64,000 nt of DNA, from positions 80,724,001-80,788,000 of the forward strand of contig OZ024746.1 of assembly GCA_964016885.1 (NCBI GenBank). The letters run 5' to 3'. This DNA comes from Eledone cirrhosa (Eukaryota). Position numbers and translations under genes: made by a program. Shown here piece by piece: positions 13,966-24,096 of the stretch. The notes beneath the pieces are model-generated. The model was not told the DNA's origin and did no database searches. It was given only the letters and a program-made list of their open reading frames with translations. How positions within the stretch are numbered: position 1 is the stretch's first letter; each line of letters opens with the position of its first letter.

Positions 13966-14303
13966 CACATGGCTTAGTGGTTAAAACATTGGCCTTGCAA
14001 TCGAAAGGTTGTGAGTTCAATTCTCAGACTGGGTGATGCATTGTTTCCTTGAGCAAGACACTTTATTTCACATTGCTCCAGTTTACTCAGCTGTAGAAAT
14101 GAGATGATAGGGACTGGGGGCCATATCATTCCACTGCAAAGTGGTCGTGGAGGTGCCACAGCAAAAAAGCACCCAGCACTCACTGTATATGAGGTTGGTG
14201 TTAGGAAGGGCATCCAGCTGTAGAAATCAAGTCAGAATCAGTTCCCGTCCCACCCTTGCAAGCAGGGAAAAAGCGGACGTAAAATGAAATGATGATGATG
14301 ATG
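13966..14303 (+). mobile_element. tRNA-derived SINE, family B
   Basis: A box tggcttagtgg, B box gagttcaattc, central ccttgagcaagacacttt domain, RTE-type tail with (GAT)n. Confidence 0.9.
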
Positions 14304-14882
14304 AATGCAGTGAGTAGGAACAAATACTGAGGCATTTAATCTCACATCTTTACGACTCTACTTATTCACCACCTGTAAAGAATAAGAATGTTTCAAATGT
14401 TTTGTGCTGGACAATGTTTGCATGAGAAATGACATCTAATCTGAAGACTGGGGCCAGTACTGGGTTAAAATACACAGTAAAATGTTAGCAGAGGATAGAT
14501 TTGTTAAAGAGGATCAGATAAGAACAGTCTTGGATAAGAACATTTAGATCAGATTTTAACAGTTGATGCTTCACCGAGGAAATCATGCAGGGTTTCTCTA
14601 TTGAAAGATGTATTATTGAAGGCCTATCAATATTTCTTATTAATTTACCTGAAACAAAAATATTGAAATGTTCACCTTTTTTCTTTCTTTTCTCACTAAC
14701 TCTCAGAATAATTGCAATAATCATTCATTCATGTAACAGGAATTGTCTCTGTTGGACAGTAACACAGTCTCATAAAAATCCTATGTCAGCAATAAATATT
14801 GTTGGCAGCTATTGATCTCCTTCTAATACTGCTGCTATATGAAGTGGGCCTGTGTGTATTTTATTCATATATACATCCCCCC

Positions 14883-14918
<36 letters not shown>

Positions 14919-15153
14919 TATTTTACTTTGATTTTCATTTCTGATTTACTAATGTTTTTTTTTTTTTGCTTATAATGCACTCGAACCCATTTAACAAAAT
15001 TCTAAGTATGGACAGATCCATTTATTTCTGGTTTAGGATATAGTGAAAGACATATTGGTAAATTATTAAAATCTCCTACACCCTCTCAGTGGCTTTCAGA
15101 TTTCCATTATTGTATATTTATGGAAAGGAAATGAATGAGTGTATGTATATATA

Positions 15154-15263
15154 CAGAGTGCCCCCCCCCTTCCCCCCCAAATGTATACACATTTCAACAT
15201 AATTCTAATAAATATTGCCTGTACAGGTAATCAAAGTGTGTATACATTTTTGGGGACAACCTG
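15154..15263. mobile_element. Tc1/mariner-type MITE
   Basis: TIRs cagagtgccc...aaatgtatacac / gtgtatacatttttggggacaacctg; TA on both sides. Confidence 0.75.
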
Positions 15264-15445
15264 TATATATATATATATATATATAAAGAAATAACTTAAT
15301 ATTGTTGGGAAAAGAGGAGTTGAAAATGAAAGAATTAATGGATAGTCTGATCAATCGATATATATATATAGAGAGAGAGAAGCGAGAGATGAAGAAAATG
15401 GATGAAGGACCAGATATATAACTAAATAAATGAACCAACTGAAAG

Positions 15446-15493
<48 letters not shown>

Positions 15494-15499
<6 letters not shown>

Positions 15500-15820
15500 G
15501 TGAGGTTTTTTTTAACAAAATGAAAAAAAAACGAGATGTCCTACACGAGTGAAAGTATAAGGAAAAAAGATGAAATTGAAAATGTAACTGGAGTCTTTTT
15601 TAAAAAAATATATATTTATTTGGTTCCTTTACTGGTTTCGCAGATCTTGTGCTTTTCAAAAGTAGAATTGAGATGGAGGGTTTGAAAACCACAAACCCTC
15701 CAACTCAATTGTACTTTTGAAAAGCACAAGAACTGCAAAACCAGTAAAGGAACCAAATAAATATATATTTTTTTAAAAAAGACTCCAGTTGCATTTTCGA
15801 TTTCATCTTTTTTCCTTATA
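15494..15820 (-). mobile_element. Fold-back Penelope-like element in (TA)n: 129-bp arms plus tail, with variant hammerhead
   Basis: Arms 15556-15684 and 15692-15820 are reverse complements, loop aaaacca; TA runs on both sides. Confidence 0.75.
15624..15667 (-). ncRNA. Putative type I hammerhead ribozyme with U3-A8 core variant
   Basis: Minus strand: ttc-ta-ctt TTGAAAA gca caagatc tgc GAAAC ca GTA aag-gaa, then aataaa; stems I, II and III pair. Confidence 0.5.
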
Positions 15821-15837
15821 TATATATATATATATAT

Positions 15838-16173
15838 CATCATCATTTCATTTTACGTCCACTTTTTCCCTGCTTGCAAAGGTGGGACGGGAACTGATTC
15901 TGGCTTGATTTCTACAGCTGGATGCCCTTCCTAACACCAACCTCATTTAAAGTGAGTGCTGGGTGCTTTTTTGCCGTGGCACCTCCACGACCACTTTGCA
16001 GTGGAACGATATGGACCCCAGTGCCTATCATCTCATTTCTACAGCTGAGTAAACTGGAGCAATGTGAAATAAAGTGCCTTGCTCAAGGAAACAACACACA
16101 TCACCCAGTCTGAGAATTGAACCTACAACCTTTCGATTGCAAGGCCAATGCTTTAACCACTAAGCCATGTGCC
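15838..16173 (-). mobile_element. tRNA-derived SINE, family B
   Basis: Reverse complement of 13966-14303 with few differences. Confidence 0.9.
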
Positions 16174-16175
16174 TA

Positions 16176-16398
16176 TCTGTAAAGTGGACGTGTAGGCACC
16201 ACGAAAAAGCACCCAGCACTCACTGTAAATGAGGTTGGTGTTAGGAAGGGCATCCAGCTGTAGAAATCAAGCCAGATCAGTTCCTGTATGAGCAAGGCAT
16301 GGTCAGCCGACCAGACACTGCCCACAACAGGACAACCCGTCTAACCCATGCTAGCGTGGAAGAACGGACGTAAAACGGTGATGATGATGATGATGATG

Positions 16399-16400
<2 letters not shown>
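16176..16400 (+). mobile_element. 5'-truncated retroposon 3' module (same as 3' UTR of the RTE at 27295-29385)
   Basis: Near-identical to the reverse complement of 27295-27510; ends gaacggacgtaaaacgg(tga)n. Confidence 0.85.
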
Positions 16401-16437
<37 letters not shown>

Positions 16438-16438
<1 letters not shown>

Positions 16439-16602
16439 CAATTACCCAGTGTATTACTGGTACTTTATTTTATCGACCCCATAAGGATGTAAGGCAAAGT
16501 TAATAACCTCGGCAGGATTTGAACTCAGAATGGCAAGGGCCGTAACTCTATGTGTCAAAGCATGGCATCCGACCCTCTACCGATACTGCCAATCCACTGC
16601 CC
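16438..16602 (-). mobile_element. tRNA-derived SINE, family A
   Basis: Reverse complement of the family A head and core. Confidence 0.85.
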
Positions 16603-16647
16603 TTATATATATATATAATAATAATAATAGTTAAGACAGGATTAGTT

Positions 16648-16697
16648 CATGATATATATTTCTGTTACATAGTTATTCATGTGACTTCTTCAGATGC
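16648..16697 (-). ncRNA. Type I hammerhead ribozyme (left arm copy)
   Basis: Minus strand: gcat CTGAAGA a gtcacat gaataact atgtaac a GAAAT atat ATC atg. Confidence 0.65.
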
Positions 16698-16849
16698 TTA
16701 CACAATCATCGGTGCAGTTATGCAATCGTTGGATATGCCAGTGGCCATGTATAACTAACCTGTAGTACTGGCTGACATCACTACAGGATAGTTATACATG
16801 GCCAACGGCATATCCCAATAATTGCATAACTGCACCCATAATTGTGTAA

Positions 16850-16900
16850 GCATCTGATGAAGTCACATGAATAACTATGTAACAGAAATATGTATCATGC
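16850..16900 (+). ncRNA. Type I hammerhead ribozyme (right arm copy)
   Basis: gcat CTGATGA a gtcacat gaataact atgtaac a GAAAT atgt ATC atgc; stem I gcat/atgc; AUC cleavage triplet; aataaa follows. Confidence 0.7.
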
Positions 16901-17669
16901 AATAAACAATTATGGTGAATTAATCCAGTCTGAAGTGTTATTTGATAAATGAATACTCCATCACTCACAACCACCAACAGCTTACCTAGAATAAAAAATT
17001 GACCTGAAGGGCTTTTGAATCGCTAGGACCGGGTTATCCGCAAGAAGTTATGATGTAACAACTATTCATAAGCAACATTCTTCTGCAATTATATATATAT
17101 AATCATAGTTTTATGTCTAGTTTCCATGATGGCATGGGTTGTCAAGTTCTGAGATTTGACAGTTTAGATGGTCACACCTTGCTCATACATCTTATTTTGG
17201 CATTGGTTCTATGGCTGGATGCTCTTCCTAGTGCCAACCAGTTTATAGCATGTACTTGGTGCATTTTATCACCCTAACAGGGTGAAATGGGTGAATTTTA
17301 TCATGCCATCAGCACTAACAATTTAAAGCATGGACTAGGGGAATATAGATATGAATTAGATAAGTGCAATATAAAATGTGACAAAGTTAACCCAAACTGC
17401 CCTAAACCATCCATAGTTCTATCATAGAATGTCTTATGGTCATGTTTAAGCTGTTTTAGTGGTATATTATTGAGTACTAAGTTGAATAATGGTCTTACTA
17501 TTCCTTCACTAGTAACATCTTATCTCTCTCTCTCAACCATGCCAAAACAAGAACTTATTTAAATTTGACATGGCCCCTGGCCAATCAAGGAGAACGGTAG
17601 TTTTGATTAAGTTATGAACTGTGCAACCCATACTAGCATGTATAAATGATGATGATGAATATATATATA

Positions 17670-18034
17670 AGGGGTTAACCGAACAAGGATGTGTGAACCA
17701 CATAATAGTCTGTCGGTTGTGAAGTAGATAAAAGAAAGCACTCAACGACCGGTATAGAAGTGTAAGCTGGAGCATTAAATATTAATAAAGAATCTGAGGC
17801 CATATTCATTTGCTTTTGGTTTAATTGAAATCTGTTATAGATATTTCGCTGAGGATTATCAGTTATGACAGCTTGAGCTCCTCATGGTAAACCTATAAAA
17901 CAATGAAATTTCATTAAAAAAACTTTAAATTTGGAAAAGGTCTACCTTTCCTGATACAGAGGGCCACCTGGGCATGTGATATTATTCCCTCAATGGTCGT
18001 CCACAGAATATGGCCTCAGATTCTTTATTGATAT
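17670..18034 (-). mobile_element. TA-flanked element with a short inverted terminal copy and degenerate HHR-like motif
   Basis: 24-bp inverted repeat 17784-17807 / 18006-18029; minus-strand tgagga gct...agc gaaat atct ata at about 17832-17890. Confidence 0.45.
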
Positions 18035-18110
18035 ATATATATATAGTAATAATAAATATGAAGAGCAAAATCTGAAGAGGGTTTGATAAGGATTGTATAT
18101 ATATATATAT

Positions 18111-18424
18111 AGTGGTTCTCCGGTATTCGTGGGGGTTAATTTCCTAGAGCACCTGCAAAGAGTGAAAAACCGCGAATATTGGACGTGGTGCATAAAAATG
18201 CCTATAAATGTCAAAACATAATGTAAAATATAGGCCGGCAAATATGGTATATTGTTATTAATAATTTAGTGTTAAAAATCATATATTGCCATGAAAAAAG
18301 CCATAAAAAAATCATGGAAGATATTTACGATCCTACGAATATGCAGTAGTTTCCATGATCAATTATTAGTTAAGTTCTGAGGAAAATCCCGCGAATAACC
18401 GGGATCGCAAATGCCGGAGGTTTA

Positions 18425-18428
<4 letters not shown>
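18111..18428. mobile_element. pogo/Tigger-like MITE
   Basis: Imperfect TIRs agtggttctccggtattcgtg / cgcaaatgccggaggtttacact; internal cgcgaata repeats; sits between TA and TC microsatellites. Confidence 0.65.
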
Positions 18429-18520
<92 letters not shown>

Positions 18521-20127
18521 ATATATATATATATATATATATATACAAGGCAAACCAAAGAGAGCAGAGATGATAATACAGTTATGTTAAAGAATACAGA
18601 TATATGAATTCAAGTGTGTGTGTGAAAGAGTAAGAGAAAGAAAGAGAAAGATTATCAGAATCTTGAATTGACTGATAGGCAAACCAATAAACTTAATGTG
18701 TCAACTATGAAATAACTTCAATCTTTGATCAGAATAAGATTTGATTATATTTGATATGAATTAGATATAATTAAGATACTATATTCGGTTCACTGAACTG
18801 AATGTAATATCTTAATTATATGAGATTATTACATACAGCTAAATCTGATTCTGTTCAAAGATTTAGACTAGAATGTTGGCTTTATCCCATGGTTAACTCT
18901 AAACAGTAACAGACATGTGAAGTATCACAAGTTCAGGCATTGGAAAGATGCCATCACATACAAGGAAGATAGAAAGTGTTAAGTAACTTTTATGAATGTA
19001 TGAAACTAATTCAAAATCCAATAATTTTTATATTCACTAAACACTAAAACCTACTATTACTATTTTACTGCACATTTCTCAGTTATTGTCACAATGTCTA
19101 AAAGTTTAGATGGTATAGGTGGGAGACTTAAACTGTCACCTGGTTTAATTCTTTTGATACCAATCTGGCCAAAACTGGCTCTTATTCTATGAAACAAAAA
19201 TCATCCATTTTAAAGAATCCCTGTTTAACTCTTAACATCCTGTGCCACATGAAGTCACATTAGCAAATTCATTCTTGAAAAGTCCAAAATAGCACTATGA
19301 TTCAAGCACATTAAAAATGAAGTCTTTACTTTACTTCTACAAATTTTTACAATGATTTGTTCACTTACAAAAACTTTATAAACATTTAAATTAACAAAGT
19401 TATATCTGATTATATTTTCTACTAAATCATTACAGACTGATAAGAATTAAATTAAAAGCTAACAATTTTATATAAAAGCCTTTTGTTAAGTTACATTAAA
19501 AATATTGCCTTAATAACAAAATAATTTATATTTTTAGTAAATACTTGCAAATTCTTCATTAATTAATTGAAATACAGAGTATTTAGAATATATTACCATA
19601 TTAGAAATATGGTAATAAAACGGTAAATACCGCCAGGTAGACCTCATGTGCCTTTAATAGAGTCGACTGTTGAAAGCATTTGGGTCAAGTTTTATTGTTG
19701 ATATGGATCACACCTGCACAGGATTAGCCAGCTTTCCATGAAGCTTCTTGGGTGTTTTAATGATAGGAGTCTCCAGTTTTAACATGTTACCATTTTCCTT
19801 GTGACAGGAGGTGGAATTTGAACTCAGATGTCAAAGAACTGGAATACATTCCATCTGACACTCTAAAAGTGTTAGTGACAACATAACTGTTTTCACTAAC
19901 AGAGAAGACATCACTTTTGTGAATACTGTAAACATACTTTCTAGTTGGGAAGGGTATATATATATATATATCCAGGGAGTGTAACGTGGAGTTACTGTAG
20001 GTTCACTCGGGTGAGCACTCAATGTTTAGGTTCACTTCGGTGTCGAGGTGTAGAGCTAGACAGAGTGTATTATAGTGAAATAAAATAACAAGGACGATTG
20101 GTTACTCCTTCATTATGTTTATTGGTT

Positions 20128-20214
20128 GGTGACGCATGTTTCGCCACTGATCAGCTCAAGGTTCGATCTGTATCGATCTGACCCGACTCTGTAATTCGCG
20201 GCTCGTCAGACTCC
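20128..20214 (-). ncRNA. Type I hammerhead ribozyme with 50-nt loop II
   Basis: Minus strand: ggagt CTGACGA gccgc [50 nt] gtggc GAAAC atgc GTC acc, then aataaa. Confidence 0.65.
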
Positions 20215-20443
20215 TTGTAATGGTAATGGAAAACTGAATATACATGCCGTATGATAAAGTCAGATGTTCCTATGGTGGTCAGTGAAGTTTGTTTTGATTG
20301 GTGGATTAGTTCATAGGGATGTTTTTGCCTGTAGTGTATGTGGGGGTGGGTGTGGTGATAAGTTGGTGATAAGTTGCCTGTAGTGTATGTGGGGGTGGTG
20401 TTGTTGTTTATGATAAGGATGAAAGGTTGCTGTACCATTGTAT

Positions 20444-20679
20444 CATTTCAGTACCATTGTTTTCTCTGTGTTTTCTCTGTCAGTTTTTAACTTGTAACCC
20501 ATTGTAACATTCGATCCTGAAAATATCATGTCGCACTCATCACCCCCAAACACATCACCATACACCCACCATCCCTCATTTCAGTACCATTGTTTTCTCT
20601 GTGTTTTCTCCATCACATTTTAACCTGTAATCCATCGGAACATCTGATCCTGTAAATATCATGTCGCACTCATCACCCC
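20444..20679 (+). repeat. Direct duplication of ~103 bp (period ~133 bp) in the spacer of the inverted pair
   Basis: catttcagtaccattgttttctctgtg...atcatgtcgcactcatcacccc at 20444 and 20577. Confidence 0.85.
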
Positions 20680-21197
20680 ACCCCCACCACCAACACCAAA
20701 CATATCGCCATACTTCCACAACCATCAACATCACCAACACATATCACACCTATCATCCCACCCTAAACAATCATGTGTGTGTGTCTGTGTGTAAGTATGT
20801 TTGTACAACCGCCATCCCCACTGGCTATATATATATATATATATACACATGTGTATGTATATAATATATGTCAGGCTGCATGTATGTATATATGTATCTC
20901 CTTATAGAATGAGCCCTTTTAACAATCCACCACCACAAATACCACCCCACCATAAACACCGCAACCTTTCACCCTTATCATTAACAACAACACCACACCC
21001 ACACCACACACAAAAAACAGCCACATCTACATGCCAAACTGTTTACCAACTCCGTACCACCAACTTATCACCACACCCATTCCCAAATACACTACAGGCA
21101 AAAACATCGACCAATCAAAACAAACTTCACTGACCACCATAGGAACATCTGACTTTATCATACGCCATGTATATTCATTTTTCCATTACCATTACAA

Positions 21198-21284
21198 GGA
21201 GTCTGACGAGCCGCAGAATACAGAGTCGGGTCAGATTGATACAGATCGAACCTTGAGCTGATCAGTGGCAAAACACGCGTCACC
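21198..21284 (+). ncRNA. Hammerhead copy, probably inactivated (GAAA to AAAA)
   Basis: ggagt CTGACGA gccgc...gtggc AAAAC acgc GTC acc. Confidence 0.5.
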
Positions 21285-21407
21285 AACCACTAAACGTAAT
21301 GAAGGAGTAACCAATCATCCTTGTTATTTTATTTCACTATCATCATCATCATCATCACCGTTTTACGTCCGTTCTTCCATGCTAGCATGGTTATATATAT
21401 ATATATA

Positions 21408-21720
21408 TCATCATCATCATCATCATCATCATCAACGTTTAACGTCCGTGTTCCACGCTTGCATGGGTTTGGACGGGGGTAGTCCCACTTGAAGCAAGAG
21501 TGATTGTCTTGCTCGCATAGGACTGTGTGGCAGGTTTTCTACAGTTGGATGCCCTTCCTAACACCAACCGCATTTACAGTGTGGGTCTGGGAGGTTTTTA
21601 CCATGTTGCCTACACGGCCACATTACAGCGTGGACTGTGTGTTTTTTTGTCGTGACACCTACACGATCTCATTTGTTTCGGCCTGGATGGCGCGGCACCA
21701 ACATAACTTTACATAGAACG
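21408..21720 (-). mobile_element. RTE-tail SINE/retroposon, diverged subfamily
   Basis: (CAT)n, aacgtccgtgttccacgcttgcatgggtt, ggatgcccttcctaacacc and internal module homologous to 27295-27555. Confidence 0.75.
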
Positions 21721-21747
21721 GGGTGGTGTATATATATATATATATAT

Positions 21748-22125
21748 CCAGGGGGTGTAACTAGGAGTTACTGCAGGTTCACCCGGGTGAGCACTCGATG
21801 TTTAGGTTCACTTCTGTGATGAGGTGTAGAGCTATACAGAGTGTAATATATAGAAAGGATAAAAAGGACGATTATTCCTTCATTGCATTTATTGATAGGT
21901 GACGAGCGTTTCGCCACTGATCAGCTCAAGGTTTGATCTATATCGATCCTACCCGTCTCAATAATCCGCAGGTCGACGGACCCTCTTAAAGCATTTTAAG
22001 AGGGTCCGTCGAGCTGCGGATTATTGAGTCGGGTAGGATCGATATAGATCAAACCTTGAGCTGATCAGTGGCGAAACGCTCGTCACCTATCAATAAATGC
22101 AATGAAGGAATAATCGTCCTTTTTA

Positions 22126-22133
<8 letters not shown>
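21748..22133 (-). mobile_element. Fold-back Penelope-like element, 139-bp arms plus tail; same family as 19972-21340
   Basis: Arms 21852-21990 and 21995-22133, loop gcat; HHR-like gggt CCGTCGA gctgc...gtggc GAAAC gctc GTC acct, then aataaa. Confidence 0.8.
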
Positions 22134-22211
<78 letters not shown>

Positions 22212-22382
22212 CTATCTATATATATATATATATCTATATCTATCTATCTATATATATATATATATATATATATCTATCTATATATATATATATATATCTA
22301 TATATATATATATATATATATCTATCTATATATATATATATATATATATCTATCTATCTATATATATATATATATATATATA

Positions 22383-22445
<63 letters not shown>

Positions 22446-22504
22446 ATATATATATATATATATATATCTATATATATATATAGATATATATATATATATA
22501 TATA

Positions 22505-22535
<31 letters not shown>
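22131..22535. repeat. (TC)n then (TA)n/(TATC) microsatellite
   Basis: Directly visible. Confidence 0.95.
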
Positions 22536-22538
<3 letters not shown>

Positions 22539-22638
22539 AATATAGACATAGAATATTCGAAAATATTCTGTATGTTTATAATAAACATTTTGAAGACCTA
22601 ATCGCTATAGAATAGAATACGTCACGTATTACAATTAG

Positions 22639-22727
22639 ATTCTCGATAAAAGCAAGGGAAGTAATCTACGCGTTTCATTCTTGTTAGAAATCATCAGGAC
22701 TACATATCCAGTGCTTTTATCGAGAAT
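22639..22727 (-). ncRNA. Type I hammerhead ribozyme, unit 1
   Basis: Minus strand: attctcgataaaagca ctggatat gtagtc CTGATGA tttc taacaa gaat GAAA cgcg TA gattac ttccct tgcttttatcgagaat; 6-bp stem I plus perfect 16-bp extension; GUA site. Confidence 0.88.
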
Positions 22728-22948
22728 GACACAGCTAGAGACTTATAGAATACTTAGCTGTGTACAGGAACTGGTTTGAAAGAGCGGTTGCCGGTCCGGC
22801 AGAAATTAGAAATTGGAATAAATGCTCTGAAATAGCGATATATATGTGAATATAGACATAGAATATTCGAAAATATTCTGTATGTTTATAATAAACATTT
22901 TGAAGACCTAATCGCTATAGAATAGAATACGTCACGTATTACAATTAG

Positions 22949-23037
22949 ATTCTCGATAAAAGCAAGGGAAGTAATCTACGCGTTTCATTCTTGTTAGAAA
23001 TCATCAGGACTACATATCCAGTGCTTTTATCGAGAAT
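22949..23037 (-). ncRNA. Type I hammerhead ribozyme, unit 2
   Basis: Same sequence as unit 1, shifted 310 bp. Confidence 0.88.
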
Positions 23038-23258
23038 GACACAGCTAGAGACTTATAGAATACTTAGCTGTGTACAGGAACTGGTTTGAAAGAGCGGTTG
23101 CCGGTCCGGCAGAAATTAGAAATTGGAATAAATGCTCTGAAATAGCGATATATATGTGAATATAGACATAGAATATTCGAAAATATTCTGTATGTTTATA
23201 ATAAACATTTTGAAGACCTAATCGCTATAGAATAGAATACGTCACGTATTACAATTAG

Positions 23259-23347
23259 ATTCTCGATAAAAGCAAGGGAAGTAATCTACGCGTTTCATTC
23301 TTGTTAGAAATCATCAGGACTACATATCCAGTGCTTTTATCGAGAAT
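23259..23347 (-). ncRNA. Type I hammerhead ribozyme, unit 3
   Basis: Same sequence as unit 1, shifted 620 bp. Confidence 0.88.
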
Positions 23348-23659
23348 GACACAGCTAGAGACTTATAGAATACTTAGCTGTGTACAGGAACTGGTTTGAA
23401 AGAGCGGTTGCCGGTCCGGCAGAAATTAGAAATTGGAATAAATGCTCTGAAATAGCGATATATATGTGAATATAGACATAGAATATTCGAAAATATTCTG
23501 TATGTTTATAATAAACATTTTGAAGAATCTAATTGTAATACGTGACGTATTCTATTCTATAGCGATTAGGTCTTCAAAATGTTTATTATAAACATACAGA
23601 ATATTTTCGAATATTCTATGTCTATATTCACATATATATCGCTATTTCAGAGCATTTAT

Positions 23660-23665
<6 letters not shown>

Positions 23666-23697
<32 letters not shown>

Positions 23698-24096
23698 ATA
23701 TATATATATATATCTATATATATATATATATCTATATATATATATATATATATCTATATATATATCTATATATATATATATCTATATATATATATATATA
23801 TCTATATATATATATATATATATATCTATATATATATATATATATATCTATATATATATATATATATATATCTATATATATATATATATATCTATATATA
23901 TATATATATATCTATATATATATATATATATCTATATATATATATATATATCTATATATATATATATATATATCTATATATATATATATATATATCTATA
24001 TATATATATATATATCTATATATATATATATATATCTATATATATATATATATATCTATATATATATATATATATATATATAAATATATATATATA
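23666..24096. repeat. (TA)n microsatellite with periodic TC interruptions
   Basis: Directly visible. Confidence 0.95.

Larger units (their letters stand above)
16634..17090 (+). mobile_element. Fold-back Penelope-like element with one hammerhead per arm plus ~160-bp tail
   Basis: Arms 16634-16766 and 16780-16931; flanked by TA-rich runs; aataaa directly after the plus-strand HHR. Confidence 0.8.
19972..21340. mobile_element. Penelope-like inverted pair: minus copy with 3' tail plus inverted plus-strand copy, each with an HHR motif
   Basis: 20072-20430 is the reverse complement of about 20961-21340; tail 19972-20071 abuts (TA)n and is shared with 21748-21851. Confidence 0.8.
22536..23665 (-). 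mobile_element. Candidate non-LTR retrozyme: 3.2 tandem 310-bp HHR-containing units plus a 142-bp inverted partial copy, inserted in (TA)n
   Basis: Units start at 22536, 22846, 23156, 23466 (partial to 23526); inverted segment 23524-23665; a full type I HHR in each complete unit. Confidence 0.85.

Noticed and set aside
13966-14035. Genuine tRNA gene (also heads at 39517, 57440, 58961)
   Set aside because: A/B boxes are present but there is no complete cloverleaf, and each is fused to a repeated SINE body.
18076-18095. Isolated ctgaaga in a short TA-flanked insert as an HHR
   Set aside because: No downstream GAAA or stem III.
22771-22822. Second, plus-strand ribozyme in the 310-bp unit (ttgaaaga...tgccggtccggca gaaa)
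   Set aside because: No CUGANGA or covariant core with a matching stem I/III could be built by eye; an Infernal scan of both strands would settle it.
19972-23665. Autonomous Penelope ORF (RT plus GIY-YIG)
   Set aside because: No ORF of adequate length or recognisable motifs; the PLE link rests on HHR type and inverted architecture only.
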